64,000 nt of DNA from Malacoraja senta (lineage: Eukaryota): positions 16,432,001-16,496,000 of the forward strand of contig CM075987.1 of NCBI GenBank assembly GCA_038087875.1, given 5' to 3'. Every line of letters starts with the position of its first letter. Positions within the stretch are counted from its first letter, which is position 1. This document shows positions 25,795 through 38,032 of the stretch, piece after piece. Both the position numbers and the translations under genes were made by a program. Under the pieces are notes generated by a model. That model worked only from the letters and a program-made list of their open reading frames with translations, searched no databases and had not been told where the DNA came from.

Positions 25795-26260
25795 GAATCA
25801 GTTCAGTTTATTGCCATGTGTACTGAGGTACAGTGAAAAGCTTTTGTTGCATTCTGACCAGTCAGCAGAAAGACAATAAATGATTACAATCAAGCCATTG
25901 ACAGTGTATAGAAACATGATAAGGGAATAATGTTGAGTGGAAGGTAAAGCCAGCAGATAGTCCGAGGGTCACCAAAAAGGTAGATAGTAGTTCAACACTG
26001 CTCTCTGGTGGTGGTAGGATGATTCAGTTGCCTGATAACAGCTGGGAAGAAGCTGTCCCTGAATCTGGAGGTAGGCACTTTCACACTTCTATACTTTTTG
26101 CCTGATGGGAGAGGGGAGAAGAGGGAGTGGCCAGGGTGTGACTCGTCCTTGATTATGCTGCTGGCCTTGAAAGGCAGCTTGAGGTATAAACAGAGTCAAT
26201 AGAAGGGAGGTTGGTTTTTGTGATGGTCTGGGCTTCAATTTGTTGCGGTCTTGGATGGAA
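25795..26260 (-). mobile_element. Rex1-like LINE 3' fragment
   Basis: Same 3' end as the 1595-2585 copy (gaggtacagtgaaaagc...gaatctggagg). Confidence 0.75.
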
Positions 26261-26662
26261 TGTTGATTTTCCAGTTCCTTTTAAACAAAGGTGAATTCGA
26301 TTGCCATCATCACTATTGTAGGACAATGTAATATGTTTACGCAGTTTTCAAATTAAAGCACGTGGAGCAAACACAGGTTTTGCATATGAAATGTGCTTAG
26401 TTCTACAGATACACTCAATGTGCATCTATAAAGAGATCCTTAAAGGGACAAGATACAAATCAGCACAAGTAAAACAGTACTAATGCAGGGTAAGCCATCC
26501 TTTTATCTCCACAGAGGCCACCTGACCCATGAAGTTCCTCGATAAGTTTGTTTTTTGCTCCACATTTCAGCATCTGCAGTCTCTTGTGTGTCTTAAAAGG
26601 CCGATCCATGGAGGTTCTGACAAAGAAAAGGGAAAAGGGAAATAACATGTACATTCACTAAC

Positions 26663-26745
26663 CTGCAGCTGGTCCATAGCAGTTTTCAACGCCTCATGTA
26701 CCTCCGTTGGCACTGTGTCTGTGTCGCTCACTCCTTCCGTAGATC
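26663..26745 (-). CDS. GOLGA2: GOLGA2 coding exon, GSTEGVSDTDTVPTEVHEALKTAMDQLQ
   Basis: ttttgtcag| and |gttagt; 83 nt, phase 1-0. Confidence 0.92.
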
Positions 26746-28187
26746 CTGACAAAATGAAAATAGACTTAAAATCTTACGTGGTGAAAGTAAATCCGAGTTC
26801 CACCAAAAACTATGCAGAATCACAAAGGTAACAGCCTAGAAGGAGCCGACTCAGCCCATTGTGCCCACGTTGGCTCCATGTACGAATAATCTCATGAGTC
26901 TCACTCCCCAACTCTTTGCCTTTTCATTTACTTACCCATTCTCCCCTTAAACCTTAGGAGCAGGATCACCGTGTGATCGTTTTGCAGCATAGATGCCATG
27001 TATTGTAGTGCTCTTGAAAAGCCTATTTCAGCTCATTCCCCATGGTCTTATCAAACTGCCCTCTACTTCCCCTTGCACCTCATTCTGTCATTTCAATTCT
27101 GATCAATCAAAGGGACAAAGGAATGGATTGCTTTTCTCTTAAAAAACTGCATTAACCCATAATCACATGCATTACAAATATAGAATGGGCTTAGTGCATC
27201 TTTAACCACTTCTCAATACAACCTGAAGAGGTTTAAAATATAATCTGCAAGCCTTAAAATAATCAACTCTGACTAAAATGTTCAAATTTACCATGGGCAG
27301 CAATTTATAAACTCTACAGTCTGGTGTGATCATGAATTCTCTCCCAGAACTTGACAGCTAGAGCAGAAAACTAAGGAGGTACAAAGTGCTGAAGTGACTC
27401 AGCAGGTCCAGCAGCATCTCTGGAGAACAAGGATAGGTGACATTGTGGAAGAAGGGTCCCAAACTGAAACGTCACCTATCCACATTCTCCAGAGATGCTG
27501 CATGACTTGAGCATCTATTTTTTTTATTAAACCAGCATCTGCAGTTCTTTGAAGCTGCAGAAAACTAAAGAGAATTTGCCCAGGAAATCTGAAAGGCAAG
27601 GATCAAGAGCTGTCTGTGCTGGGAAATATTGGAATAAAAAGTCAGAAACTAAAGGGATCAGGAAGGTGCACAGAGAAGAAGGAATAGTTTGTATGGATTA
27701 TAGGGTCTGGGGAAAAAAATGTGGATTCTGGAAAAGGAAGAGGGACATTGCAAAATGAAAATGAATACAGGGGTAATAAACAATTTAGTAATACTAATTA
27801 AGGTGAATTGTTATTGCACAAACAAACTACTATTTACAATGATGATCTGGCCACAGGGGCAGCAAAATCTTTCTGATAGGTGGAACTTTGCTGCAAGAGT
27901 TGCAAAATACAGTTTACAATGTTATATCCCAATTACTCATTAAACGTCGCTGTGCTCGTGAGGGAACAAGTAACGCAGTATTTATGAAAGAAATTAGTGT
28001 GGTCTGGGTTTTGCATTGCAGAAAACGATAATGATTTATAAGCAGGGCTATTGGAAAGCCTGGCAATATTTGTAATGCAGAAGCAGGAAAAGTCTCACCT
28101 TTCACTGAAGATGCAGCTGCTCTGGTTAAGGGCGTCTCCTGATGCATCCTTATATTATTGTGCTGACATCTTTGTTTACATTTAATA

Positions 28188-28488
28188 TTAGTTTAGTTTA
28201 GAGATACAGCGCGGAAACAGACCCTTCGACCCACCGAATCCACGCCGCCCAGCGATCCCTGTACACTGGCACTATTCTACACACTAGGGGCAATTTTACA
28301 ATAATATCAAGCCAATTAACTTACAAACCTGTAAGTCTTTGGAATGTGGGAGGAAACCGGACAAAACCCACACAGGTCACAGGGAGAATGTACAAACTCC
28401 GCACAGACCAGCACCCGTAGTCAGGATCGAACCCGGGTCTCTGGCGCTGTAAGGCAGCAACTCTACCTCTGTGCCACCGTGCTGGCCC
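28188..28488 (-). mobile_element. HE1-like V-SINE
   Basis: Reverse-complement head, V-domain and tail. Confidence 0.88.
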
Positions 28489-28716
28489 AATTAATCTCCC
28501 CAATTTTAAACCCTTAATCATCCAAAACATTCTGGAGACTGATATGTTTTATATTTTGTATTGTTCTATATAATTGTCATCTCTCTGGATTGGAATTGGA
28601 AAGATAATGGAACTTCATAATTTCTTGAGTATGTATACTCAAAGTATCAGTTCAATGGGGGTTTCGGTTAACTAAAGATTGACTGTACATTATGGTAAAA
28701 ATAATGAGGTGGCTAC

Positions 28717-28858
28717 CTCTGGACTCTTTGTGCTTGTGCGTTAGGGCAGACATTTGTTGTAGAAGGATCTGGTGCTGCTGTTTCTGATCCAAGAACTGTA
28801 GAGTAAGGTGATCTCTTTCCTGCTGCAATTGGCTGAGTGCTGACTTCAGGAAATCAAC
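28717..28858 (-). CDS. GOLGA2: GOLGA2 coding exon, VDFLKSALSQLQQERDHL...HKESR
   Basis: ttgttcag| and |gtagcc; 142 nt, phase 0-1. Confidence 0.9.
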
Positions 28859-28997
28859 CTGAACAATGAATAGAGGGAAAAGACTTTCAGACAAAGAACA
28901 AACAAAACCATGACAAGCACCACATCACTGGATACATTTACCTTATTGCACGGGTTTACTATTAGTCAGGGTTCCAACTCACTTTTGGGGCGGAACA

Positions 28998-29195
28998 TTG
29001 GCGCACCTAGTAGAGCTACTGCCTCAGCACCAGAGACCTGGGTTCAATCCCAACTTTGGGTGCTATGTGGAGTTTGTATTTTCTCTCTGTGACCACGTGG
29101 GTTTCCTCCAGGTGCTCCAGTGTCCTCCCACGTCCCAAAGATGAGCAGGCTGGTAGGTTAATTGGCCTCCAATTTGCCCCCTAGTGTGTAGGAAA
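28998..29195 (+). mobile_element. HE1-like V-SINE (3'-truncated)
   Basis: Head with B-box ggttcaatcc plus V-domain. Confidence 0.8.
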
Positions 29196-30539
29196 GGGAT
29201 GTTGGGTCCAACAAGAATGATCCCTTTTGGATCAATTAACCACATTAAGGCCTGCTCCCACTTATAGCCTTTGACCATTTAAAAAAATAATCTAGAAATG
29301 TGCTGAAATGTGTCTACCGTAACTAGTCATTCTCCCTGCTATAATGTACAGGAAGAGAAATTAAAACACATATAGACTGGTAGACATTCAGCAGACAACT
29401 CCACATAGCACCCAGAAAGCAAATAACAATATTTCTTGAGGTGATTCAGTTTGAGGCACTAATCTGAAACGTTGTTCTTTTTTAATGCAGAGTGAAATGC
29501 AAGGAATATTTTATCCTATTCGCACAGGGCAATCTGGATTTTTTCTTTTTTTCAGATCCACCCTATCTGATGTGTGCATCCATTTCCTAATATTTATATT
29601 TCTTAGGTTATAGGTGAACATTCAAGCCATCGAGTTTATAACACCTAAAGTCAGGATCGTACCTGGCTTTCTGGAGTTCTAAGCTAGTGCCAGTGAGCAC
29701 CTCCCCTCTCTAAAAATAAACCATCAAGTACCTTTTCTCATCCAGCTTTAATGGATATATCGCACTGCCTTAAGTACATTAGGGGAAAGCGGGTAACTAG
29801 AAAGAGAATAGGCCCCCCTCAGAAGGAGCCGCAGGAGATGAGCAAGGTTTTCAATGAGTATTTCTCCACTGTGGAGAGATGAAGACTGGGGGACTTGGGA
29901 CAGTTCATGGAGATGTCTTGCGAACAGTCGGTATTACGGTAGGTGCAGGACATACTAAAGCGTATGATGGTCGATAAGTCTCCCAGGCCTGATCAGATAT
30001 ACCCTGGAACACTGTAGGAAGCTAGACAAGAAATTGCAGGAGCCCTGATGAAGATATGTGAATCATCATTAGACACAGATGAGGTGCCATAGGATTAGAG
30101 GGTGGCTAGTGTTGTGCCTCTTTTAACGAAAGGATGAAAGGAAAAGCCTGGAAACTATAGACCAGTAAGCCTACATCTCTAAGTTACTGGAGAGGATGCT
30201 GAGGACACGATATATGTGCATTTGGATAGACAGAGGCTGATTAGGGATAGTCTCGTGAATTTGACTGTTTATTGAAGAGGTAACCAAGAAGGTTTACAAA
30301 GGCAACCCTGTAAATATTGTCTATATGGACTTTAGTAAGGCCTTTGATAAGATTCCGCTTGTGAGACTGCTCAAGAAGGTTACATTGCAGAGCAACCAGG
30401 GAGAACTAGCTGCCTCAATACAGAATTATTTTCATGGAAGGAAGCAGAGGGTGGTGGAAGGTTGTTTTTCGGACTGGAGGACTGTGACTAGTGGTGTGCC
30501 TCAGGGATCGGTGCTGGGCACATTGGTGTTTGTGGTTTA

Positions 30540-32157
30540 CAGTGGCTTGCAAACGTTTTCATACCCCTTGAACTTTTCCACATTTTGTCACGCTACAACC
30601 ACAAACGTAAATGTATTTTATTGGGATTTTATGTGATAGACCAACACAAAGTGGTGCATAATTGTGACGTGGAAGGAAAATGATACATGGTTTTCAAATT
30701 TTTTTACAAATAAAAAACTGAAAAGTGTCGTGTGCAAAAGTATTCAGCCCCCCTGAGTCAATACTTTGTAGAACCACCTTTTGCTGCAATTACAGCTGCA
30801 AGTCTTTTGGGGTATGTCTCTACCAGCTTTGCACATCTAGAGACTGAAATTTTTGCCCATTCTTCTTTGCAAAATAGCTCAAGCTCAGTCAGATTGGATG
30901 GAGAGCGTCTGTGAACAGCAATTTTCAAGTCTTGCCAGAGATTCTCAATTGGATTTAGGTCTGGACTTTGACTGGGCCATTCTAACACATGAATATGCTT
31001 TGATCTAAACCATTCCATTGTAGCTCTGGCTGTATGTTTAGGGTCGTTGTCCTGCTGGAAGGTGAACCTCCGCCCCAGCCTCAAGTCTTTTGCAGACTCT
31101 AACAGGTTTTCTTCCAAGATTGCCCTGTATTTGGCTCCATCCATCTTCCCATCAACTCTGACCAGCTTCCCTGTCCCTGCTGAAGAAAAGCATCCCCACT
31201 GCATGATGCTGCCACCACCATGTTTCACAGTGGGGATGGTGTGTTCAGGGTGATGTGCAGTGTTAGGTTTCTGCCACACATAGCGTTTTGCATTTAGGCC
31301 AAAAACTTCAATTTTGGTCTCATCTGACCAGAGCACCTTCCTCCACATGTTTGCTGTGTCCCCCACATGGCTTGTGGCAAACTGCAAACGGGACTTCTTA
31401 TGGCTTTTTTTCAACAATGGCTTTCTTCTTGCCACTCTTCCATAAAGGCCCGATTTGTGGAGTGCACGACTAATAGTTGTCCTGTGGACAGATTCTCCCA
31501 CCTGAGCTGTGGATCTCTGCAGCTCCTCCAGAGTTACCATGGGCCTCTTGGCTGCTTCTCTGATCAATGCTCTCCTTGCCCGGCCTGTCAGTTTAGGTGG
31601 ACGGCCATGTCTTGGTAGGTTTGCAGTTGTGCCATACTCTTTCCATTTTTGGATGATGGATTGAACAGTGCTCCGTGAGATGTTCAAAGCTTGGGATATT
31701 TTTTTATAACCTAACCCTGCTTTAAACTTCTCCACAACTTTATCCCTGACCTGTCTGGTGTGTTCCTTGGGCTTCATGATGCTGTTTGTTCACTAATGTT
31801 CTCTAACAAACCTCTGAGGCCTTCACAGAACAGCTGTATTTATACTGAGATTAGATTACACACAAGTGGACTCTATTTACTAATTAGGTGACTTCTGAAG
31901 GCAATTGGTTGCACTGGATTTTATTTAGGGGTATCAGAATAAAGGGGGCTGAATACTTTTGCACGCCACACTTTTCAGTTTTTTATTTGTAAAAAAATTT
32001 GAAAACCATGTATCATTTTCCTTCCACTTCACAATTATGCGCCACTTTGTGTTGGTCTATCACATAAAATCCCAATAAAATACATTTACATTTGTGGTTG
32101 TAACGTGACAAAAATGTGGAAAAGTTCAAGGGGTATGAATACTTTTGCAAGCCACTG
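30540..32157 (-). mobile_element. Full-length Tc1 (IR/DR type, Passport-like) DNA transposon, 1618 bp
   Basis: TA|CAGTGGCTTGCAAA...TTTGCAAGCCACTG|TA; ~213-bp TIRs with inner and outer direct repeats; interrupts a CR1 RT at FVV(Y)INDL. Confidence 0.97.
30758..31777 (-). CDS. Tc1 DD34E transposase, 339 aa, uninterrupted ORF
   Basis: Paired-like HTH, GRPPK linker, WSDETK, FQQDND, SPDLNPIE; 34 residues between the second D and E. Confidence 0.95.
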   Translation of the reverse strand: MKPKEHTRQVRDKVVEKFKAGLGYKKISQALNISRSTVQSIIQKWKEYGTTANLPRHGRPPKLTGRARRALIREAAKRPMVTLEELQRSTAQVGESVHRTTISRALHKSGLYGRVARRKPLLKKSHKKSRLQFATSHVGDTANMWRKVLWSDETKIEVFGLNAKRYVWQKPNTAHHPEHTIPTVKHGGGSIMQWGCFSSAGTGKLVRVDGKMDGAKYRAILEENLLESAKDLRLGRRFTFQQDNDPKHTARATMEWFRSKHIHVLEWPSQSPDLNPIENLWQDLKIAVHRRSPSNLTELELFCKEEWAKISVSRCAKLVETYPKRLAAVIAAKGGSTKY

Positions 32158-32199
32158 TATATCAATGATTTAGAGGATAATGTGCAAGGCATGATGATT

Positions 32200-32637
32200 G
32201 CTTTGCCCAACACCTCCGCTCGGTTCGCAATAACCAACCTGATCTCCCGGTAGCTCAGCACTTCAACTCCCCCTCCTATTCGAATCCGACCTTTCTGTCC
32301 TGGGCCTCCTCCATGGCCAGAGTGAGGCCCACCGTAATTGGAGGAGCAGCACCTCATATTTCGCTTGGGCCATTTACACCCCAGCGGTATGAACATTGAC
32401 TTCTCTAATTTCAGGTAGTCCCTGTTTTCTCCTCGCCTTCCCAGCTCTCCCTCAGCCCACTGTCTCCGCCTGTTCCTTTCTTCTTCCCGCCCCCACCCTC
32501 ACATCAGTCTGAAGAAGGGTCTCGACCCGAAACGTTGCCTATTTCCTTCGCTCCATAGATGCTGCCTCACCCGCTGAGTTTCTCCAGCATTTTTGTCTAC
32601 CTTCGATTTTCCAGCATCTGCAGTTCCTTCTTAAACA
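32200..32637 (+). mobile_element. Penelope-like element 3' end: GIY-YIG endonuclease C-terminal remnant plus pLTR with a hammerhead motif
   Basis: HLRSVR...LPVAQHFNS...EEQHLIFRLG.LHPSGMNIDFSNFR* followed by CTGAAGAAGGGTCTCGACCCGAAACGTT at 32509. Confidence 0.88.
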
Positions 32638-32748
32638 TGAACATTTATAAAGTGCCTATAATGCAAGAAAAAACTCCTTTCTAGACTGAAATTGCTAGAT
32701 GTTTGCGTGTAGTTCCCTATATCCTGCACAGACAGGGAGGGATCTTAC

Positions 32749-32840
32749 CATTTCGTCTTTATTTTCCAGTTCTTCGGGTATTATAATATGGGGTCTCTGA
32801 AATCTATCTGACAATATACCATCACTTTCCACGCCATCAC
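32749..32840 (-). CDS. GOLGA2: GOLGA2 coding exon, GDGVESDGILSDRFQRPHIIIPEELENKDEM
   Basis: tgtcaccag| and |gtaaga; 92 nt, phase 1-0; matches the GDG...IPEDLE..EAM pattern. Confidence 0.92.
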
Positions 32841-33819
32841 CTGGTGACAGAAAGTTGAATGTTTATATCAGTAGGAAGTTGTGAAAATCACACATGAATC
32901 ATTGCACAACATAGCATTATATAAGTTGCTTCATAAACTTCTGCAAGAGATTTGAGCTTAAACCAGCCAGCCATTTAGAACCCCACGGTGTAATTTATAA
33001 GAATACTGTCTACTTCACACTTAGAATTTGACATTACTGTCTTTTTATCCTGAAATGACAGTAATTTCTGAACAGCAATGAGTTTTCCCGAATATCCTTG
33101 CAGATGAGGACACAGAGGACCAGCAACATAGGCATATCCATCCCAGTGCCATTAATTCCAATACTTATTTTTGCTTTTATTAGTAACTGCAATTTAAACA
33201 CGCTGTCTAACCAGAATATGATTTTAACGAAACATTCAACACACATAATATTAATAGGGTGGCAGTTAGAAACTTATCGCTTTGATATATTCCATGCTAG
33301 GATTAATTTGTAGACATCGCCATCTTCCTGGCCATTGTCATATTGCAGCCATTTTACTGGAAATCCTACAATATTATAATGCCAAATGTAACAAATAAGG
33401 CTGAAGATTCGACAGTTGCTTTGTAGGGTTTATTGGAATCTTGGCTTTCACTTGTAAGTTTGTACGCCGACTTATAAGACAATCAAATTAATTACGTTAA
33501 AGAATATATGTAAAAGACAGTTATAATGCAAGCTGGAACCTTGAGCAAGTGCTGAAGGAACTCAGTGGGTCAGGCAGCAGCTATCCATTATTTATTACTA
33601 TTGTGTCATCACCAATTTAATAACCGTTCTTTCAGAGTCTTCATCCCAATTATTTACAGAAATCGTGAATTATTTTGCCCCTGTTACACATCGTGCCAAC
33701 CAAAAGATACTTTTTGGTTGGAGAATTTGAATCTGCAGTTTAATTTCTCAGTGTGAAACAGAAATGAAACTTGAGTAAATAATGCTTTAAAACAAAGCTT
33801 CAAAGAAAAGCTCCCAGAC

Positions 33820-33922
33820 CTTCAACTCTAAGCTGTGGGCTGATCTCATTCAACTCTGCTGTCAATATGCTGATCTGTGCCTTCAGTTCGTTGTTTTCCT
33901 TGTTTAATTGTTCCAATTGCTC
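33820..33922 (-). CDS. GOLGA2: GOLGA2 coding exon, EQLEQLNKENNELKAQISILTAELNEISPQLRVE
   Basis: atccacag| and |gtctgg; 103 nt, phase 0-1. Confidence 0.88.
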
Positions 33923-34074
33923 CTGTGGATGGGAGACATGTTGTCATGAGTCATCAGTAGACACAAAATGCTGGAGTAACTCAGCGGGACAGGCAGCATC
34001 ATGCGTCATAATGACACACATTCCAAATCAGAGCCTCTGTATCCCCTCAGTCTGTCACTAACAGGTTGAAATAT

Positions 34075-34435
34075 ACTTCTTCCTTGGAGCGCAGGTGGCC
34101 TGAATGTGGTGTATAAAATCATGAGGGGAATAGATAAGGTGAGTGCAGAACCTTTTTCCCCAGGGTAGAGAAATCAAGAACTAGAGGCCAGAGGTTTAAG
34201 ACCAGAGGGAAAAAAATGTAATAGGAACCTGTCGGGCAACCTTTTCACAGTGGGTATATGGAATCGGCTGCCAATGGAAGCGGATGAGGCAGGTACAATA
34301 ACATTTAAAATACATTAGGACATATATAGATAGGATACATCTATATGGGCCAAACACAGGTAAATTGACTTAGATGGGGCATCTTAGTTAGCATGAACTA
34401 CTTGGGCCAAAGGACCTGTGTCCATGCTGTATGAA
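34075..34435 (+). mobile_element. CR1 3' fragment
   Basis: actagaggccagaggtttaag...tggaat..gctgcca pattern. Confidence 0.75.
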
Positions 34436-34787
34436 TGTAACCTGCCTCTTGCAATCTCCAGGCATCAGTTAAATTTGATGAATTGGATTTATTTGGTTTA
34501 ATTAGTTTGCTTCAAGAGACAACTTGGACTGGTTCCACAAATCCTTATTTTTTGTTGTTTCATAAACTAAGGCCACTAGGCAGTTGATAGAGCGCCTCGC
34601 CCTTTATGAGCTTGTGACAGAAGCAGAAGCTTAAAAACTGGCAACTTTGAGGGGAAAAAAATCATAAAACATTACAATATTAAGCACAATAAAACTAGCA
34701 TTATAGGGGCAATTCTTCCAAATCAAGAGACATAAAATCATGGCAAGTTGGCACTCCTGCTGGGTGAAGTTCTCTTACATACATTCG

Positions 34788-35662
34788 GTGGGCGGCGCGA
34801 CTCTCGTTTGCAGCAGCCTCTGCAGTCCGTCTGTCTTTTTATTATTTTTGTCTAGTTTTTATGTAGTTTTTTATTATTTTTTTTGTCGGGGTATGTGTGT
34901 GGGGGGGTGGGGGTGGGGTGGAGGGGGGGGAAACGTTGAAATCTTTCCCCTGCACGGGAGACCCGATCTTTTCTTTGTCGGGTCTCCGTTGTCGTTGGGG
35001 CTGGGCAACGTGGAGCGGCCTCCAGCAGGAACGACCTGGGGCTCCAGTTGCAGAGCTGCGGACTACTCACCGTCACGGGGCTGGCCGAGTCCGGAGCGGG
35101 TGGAGCTGTGGTGGAGTGCTGCTGTGACCCGACCTCTGGAGATTCGGAGGCTACAACCGCGGGTCTGGCGGACGGCAACACCGGAAGCCCGCGGGTCCCC
35201 TAGTGGGAGACCGCTTTTCGGGGCTTCCGCAGCGGCGACTTCTCCCGCCCGAGTTGCGGGGTTGAAGAGCACCTGGAGCGGGGCTTTATCCCCCCGTGCG
35301 GCTTGGAATGGCCGCCGGACTTTGCGGGCGCGCGCCGGGGCTCTAACACCAAGACCCGGTGCACAACCTTGCATCACCCGGCGTGGCTTTAATGGCCGCG
35401 GGATAATCACCATCACCACCGGGGGCTTTGACTTTGACTCTGACATCGGGGGGGGGGGGGGAGTGCAGTGGAGAGATAAGTGTTTTTGCCTTCCATCACA
35501 GCGCTGTGATGGATGTATGTGTAAATTGTGTTGTGTCTCGGGTCTTCTTCGTTTTGTGATGTATGGCTGCAGAAACGACATTTCGTTTGGACCTCAAGGG
35601 GTCCAAATGACAAATTTTTCCAAAAGACAAATAAACAAATTGTTGTAAATTGTAAATTGTAA
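34788..35662 (+). mobile_element. GC-rich non-autonomous retroposon with a Rex1-like 3' tail
   Basis: CpG-rich body; T-rich/G-run 5' part like the 47835 copy; tail catttcgtttggacc...ggtccaaatgacaa plus (TTGTAAA)n. Confidence 0.65.
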
Positions 35663-35920
35663 TTTAGAACATGGAACAGCACAGTAACTGGAGGTCAAGA
35701 TAAACTAATCTCATCTGTCTGCATGTGATCTATATTCTCCCCCACATGGTCCCCCGCCCCCCACGTTTCCTCCCCTCACTCCCCTGCGTGTTGCATGTCC
35801 CCCCCCCCCCCCCCCCCAAATTCCCCCACTGATCCATGCCATTTATAAAACTTCCACATCAAGATTTGTTTGAAATTGGGGGGAAAAGCATTGCGTCCAC
35901 AACCGGAGTATTAATCTCAC

Positions 35921-36145
35921 CTTTGTTACCACGAGGTCTTTCTGGTGCAATTCAATGTGGACTTTCCCTTGTACTTCATCATGCTGCAGCCGGTCCATGA
36001 GATGCGTCTGTAGCAGGTTCTGCTTCTGCAGCTCCTCTCGCTCAGCCATCAGCTGCTGATAGGCTGCGGTGTACTGCTGGAGATGAGTGTAGAACTGATC
36101 CCTCTGGCCCAGCAAGGCCTGAGCTTCCTGTGACTTCAGCTCAAG
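35921..36145 (-). CDS. GOLGA2: GOLGA2 coding exon, [17 protein letters not shown]...KDLVVTK
   Basis: ttctcgcag| and |gtgaga; 225 nt, phase 0-0. Confidence 0.96.
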
Positions 36146-36339
36146 CTGCGAGAACACAAGTGGCACGAGAATACCAGTTATTAATGACGAAGGAATCTTG
36201 GAGGGCATCAGGTAATTTGGACAAGTCTGCTAGATTAAGCAACACAGATCTGAGGGCAGGACATAAAAAATATACCGTTGGCAAAACTGGTAGTTTGAGA
36301 CCATGGGAAACAGAATCTGGCACCCATTTCCTCTTTTTT

Positions 36340-36665
36340 TTGATTGTTTGAAAGATACAGCAAGGAAACAGGCCCTTCGGCCCACAGAGCCCACGCTGTC
36401 CATTGATCACCCATTTACACTAGTTCAAATATTATCCCACTTTCTCATCCACTTCCTTCACATGAGGGGCCATTTCAGAGCCATTTAACCTATAAACCTG
36501 CAGGTCTTGGGGATTTGGGAGGAAAACCGGAGCACCCCGGGGAAACCCAAGCAGATACAGAGAGAACGTGGAAACTCCACTGAGCCAGCAACCGAGATCA
36601 GGATCGAACCTGGGACTCTGGCGCTGTGCGGTGGCTGCAGCTCCACCAGCTGTGCCACTGTGCTA
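36340..36665 (-). mobile_element. HE1-like V-SINE
   Basis: Reverse-complement V-domain. Confidence 0.85.
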
Positions 36666-37013
36666 CATGTTGCTAACTGTATCATTCACTGATGAATTGA
36701 TGATACAGAATTCACCAGTTCACATTATCCTATTTACAGCAACAAAATAGGAATGGTACATAAAAGTTTTTTCAGGGCAATCATAATGCACATTTTTAAA
36801 ATGAAAGGATGGATCTTTTCATCCACTTTTTGATCCCGGAGGGCCTGTTTCCATGCTGTATCATTTAATCAATCCATCCATCCATCCATGTTTTTTGTAC
36901 TTAATGAGCACATTGGCATTAGTAATTCCTTAAATGAAACTGCAATTAGGTTAAGAACCATACTGTGGTAATATTAAGTCGTTTAGTTTTGGTGCTTTGG
37001 GAGAAATCAATAC

Positions 37014-37127
37014 CTTTTCTTTCAAATCCACCACGTCTTCTTGCAACTCTCCAATCTTCCGAGCTACCTCCTTCTTCACATGCTGCTCTGACTGCAAGGC
37101 GCTGGTGAGTTCCATATTCTCATTAGT
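37014..37127 (-). CDS. GOLGA2: GOLGA2 coding exon, [38 protein letters not shown]
   Basis: tctacag| and |gtattg; 114 nt, phase 0-0. Confidence 0.97.
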
Positions 37128-37813
37128 CTGTAGACAGTTAAATTGTGTACAAGATAAACACAATAGGACCCGGCAATGCTTCAAGTTGTTCCAACATTTT
37201 AAAAGACCATAGTTAATCTATTACTTTAGCCCTTACTTTCTTGTCCTATTGCTACATCACTTGGTTCCCTTCAGATCCACACAGTTAAGACCCATCCAGA
37301 TAAGTTTCAGCATGAATATACTCAACAAGCAAAACTAACAGATTAGCATTTATTCAGACTGAATCCTTTCCACATGCAGAAGATGAATATTACAGTAAAA
37401 CTAGATTTTAAAACATTTTAGTGTCTGTGCGAATCTGAAACTAGTTTACAACGCAAAACACAAAGTGCAGTTCAGGCAGCATCTGCAGACGGAATGAACA
37501 GACAATGTTTCAGGTCAGGGCCCTTCTTCAGACGGGTCCTGACTCAAATGGTCGCCTGTCCATTCTCTGCACAGATGCTGGCTGATCCACTGAGTTCCTC
37601 CAGCACTATGTTTTTTTGATGAAGATTCCTGCATCTGTAGTCCCTTGCATCTCACACTTGTCGAAAGTGTCCACTAATCACATCTACAATACAAGCTAAA
37701 CTTTCAGGATATTGGGCACAAAGAGAATATCCTCAGGGCAACTGAAACAAATGTAAAATGCGCGAATGATCAAGGAAACAGGGTTATACTTTAAGTCACG
37801 GTGTAATACGTAC

Positions 37814-38032
37814 AAGTTTGACAAATCCATTTTGAAGTTCTGCCAGCTGTTCCTTGAGTTCCCGATTCTGTGTCAGCGCCCTGCTTATCGTAGCTTTGTC
37901 ACTCTGCATATTTTCCAGCAGTTGCTTCCGGTCCACAGAATCATCATTGTAGCGTTCCACCGTCCGTTCCAGTTCCTGCAGTCTCTCTTCTTGTTCCCGG
38001 TTCAAACGACTCAGCTGCTCATTGTCACACAC
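37814..38032 (-). CDS. GOLGA2: GOLGA2 coding exon, [18 protein letters not shown]...ELQNGFVKL
   Basis: cctcag| and |gtacgt; 219 nt, phase 0-0; motif [20 protein letters not shown]. Confidence 0.97.

Larger units (their letters stand above)
29780..32200 (+). mobile_element. CR1 RT fragment, host of the Tc1 insertion
   Basis: MDFSKAFDK...SGVPQGSVLG..FVV, continuing as YINDL after the Tc1. Confidence 0.88.

Noticed and set aside
28117..28135. CCTTAAC as a U12-type branch point
   Set aside because: The upstream donor is gtagcc, not the U12 GTATCCTT consensus.
34740..35648. 302-aa ORF on + and overlapping ORFs on -
   Set aside because: Low-complexity Arg/Gly/Pro-rich translation open on both strands, as expected from a GC-rich repeat; no recognisable domain.
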